A stretch of DNA of 54,299 nucleotides, filler included, from Sluysia triapertura (taxonomy: Eukaryota): the NCBI GenBank assembly GCA_046118255.1. It is 4 parts of 4 records of this genome, joined end to end, with 100 filler letters (N's around TTAATTAATTAA, not from the genome) between each part and the next. Parts side by side here need not be neighbours in the genome. Positions count along the whole stretch, not along the records: positions 41,256 to 54,299 come from JBJNIA010063637.1; 3 more parts are not named here. The stretch is one strand, 5' to 3'. The translations under genes and the position numbers were made by a program. This document shows, one piece after another, positions 52,678-54,299 of the stretch (the first letter of the stretch is position 1; every line of letters begins with the position of its first letter). The notes under the pieces were generated by a model, which did no database searches, was not told where the DNA came from, and worked only from the letters and a program-made list of their open reading frames with translations.

Positions 52678-52728
52678 GTGAGTCCACCAACGTACTAGGC
52701 TTACCGGTTAGGGTTAGCCGTTGGATTT
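52678..52728 (-). other. Structured hairpin family copy 9
   Basis: Plus strand gtgagtccaccaacgtactaggcttaccggttagggttagccgttggattt. Confidence 0.92.
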
Positions 52729-54299
52729 ATAGATAAAAGAATGGGAGTAATTTCCTAAGGATAGATTCTAATTTAGTGATGCAAATTTAGAATGAAGTTT
52801 TTAATATTTTGCTAACTGAAAAAATAACAAATAAATTTTGCATTATTAAAATAGTTTTCGACAATCCTATGAAAAGGATTTATATCAATAGATTTTACGA
52901 TATAAATTTTGATAAAAACTTTGAGGCATGGGCGATTTTATGTTTTTGAAACTATAAAATAAAAATTCTTCTTTTAAATAATCATATATTATCAACAATA
53001 AAAAATTTACAACGATAATTTAAATATTTACAACAAATTGATAAGAATTTACGTAAATTAGCTTAAGGAGTTAATTTTAAATAGTAAAGTTTAAAGAACT
53101 GTATTTTACGAAAAAACTATTAAATAGGTTTTTTAAAGTCTTTATAAAATAAAGATTTTACGTTGATACTTAATTCGTATCAATAACTTAATAAAAATAA
53201 ACTAACGTAAAACAATTTTTATAAAATTCTGGCCAAGGATGAATTTTTAATTATCTCCTGAGTTATATAAGAATTCGTAGAAACTTGTTATGCAAAGTCG
53301 TATCAAAAATTTTAAAAATAAATTGTGATATTTGTTTTTTGTTTGTCCTTTTATACATATTTTATGTTGACCTTGGATTTTTAATCAAATTAATAAAACA
53401 AAATATTTAATAAAATTTATAATAATTTGAAAATAATATTAAAGTACTTACGTTAGTTTTTTGGAACTTCAATATTTTTAAAAATAATTAAAATCCAATA
53501 AAGAGAATTTGAATATTAATAATAAAATATCAAAAAAATCAATAGTTTTTGTACATTATTAATAACACAAAATAAAATCAACAATGTTTGGTAACTAAGC
53601 ACATTGTTATTAAAAAATCAATACACTCGATTTCAGCGATTGTACATTGACAACATCACACGATCACAAACACAAGATTTCAATTTGTACAATACGAAAG
53701 ATTAAAATACTAATAAAATTAAACATGCTTTTGAGATATTTTAATTTTTAATTTCTAATGGACTTATAAGGAATTCACTTTTGTTGAAAAAAGGATTTAT
53801 TTATTATAAAAGTTTGCTCACAGTGTAAAATTGTTTTTCTATTAAATTTCTTTGTTTAAATATTCGTGCTTAAGGTACTAAAATAAAACATTTTGAAATT
53901 GGTACTATATGATGTTACATAAAATAAGAATATTTACAGTTTAATAAGTCAGAATTGATCGAAACTGCTAAACATCTGAAAATGTCTAAATTGATTCAAG
54001 TGTCCAAAATTTTTTATTTTAAAATTGAGTATTCTGTCATGAAGCAGTTCAAAATAATTACAGATACTCGATATTTGAGTGGTAATTCAAAATACCAACC
54101 AAATTCACTTAAAATTGACTTGATAGACGAATAAACCGTGACTGTTTATTCGACTAATTGTCAAATAATCTTAATGAGTTCACTCTTCGTTTGTGCTTCT
54201 GTTAATATGTGATATTTTTTCATATTTAACCCTTTCAGCCCCGAATTTTTTTCCTTAAGATATATGGTGATTTATTGTCTTTATAGATGATGATTTAGG

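Noticed and set aside
52678-52728. Hairpin as tRNA/SINE head, known ribozyme or pre-miRNA
   Set aside because: Weak A-box resemblance but no conserved B-box or cloverleaf; no hammerhead, HDV or twister core found; the stem is too short for a typical pre-miRNA.
52677-52735. Hairpin family as a peptide (RESTNVLGLPVRVSRWIY) on the GTGAGT strand
   Set aside because: Some substitutions look synonymous, but copies at 46137, 2661 and 40279 break the frame, stops follow closely, and the key changes fit stem compensation.

Overview
Very AT-rich, intron-containing animal (invertebrate) genomic DNA from a draft scaffold; three of its four N-gaps carry an artificial TTAATTAATTAA spacer. No prokaryotic features are present. 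Host genes: three intact, phase-consistent exons of afadin/canoe (RA2 and start of FHA; minus strand, 1585-3967), a kune-kune-like invertebrate claudin (plus, 29357-30768, 5' exon decayed), and two multi-exon low-complexity plus-strand genes of unknown function (14735-22894; 35119-38100). The rest holds decayed transposons (Buster-type hAT, mariner, pogo/Tc2-like and piggyBac-like MITEs, a fresh 27-bp-TIR MITE, a Gypsy RT scrap), AAT microsatellites and many decayed host-gene fragments (cadherin repeat, USP4/15 DUSP domain, vWF/mucin-like), some of which keep their introns. The most interesting signal is a dispersed family of nine ~50-nt elements. They conserve a stem-loop with compensatory base changes, a GTAAG splice-donor-like motif inside the hairpin and a downstream (A)CTCAC motif plus T-rich tract. 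Several sit at the end of 0.6-1 kb AT-rich units sharing an ordered series of motifs, and some lie downstream of a second family of G-depleted leaders. This may be an undescribed structured small-RNA gene family (spliced-leader-like or splicing-processed) or the terminus of a non-autonomous element; sequence alone cannot decide. All alignments and folds were done by eye.
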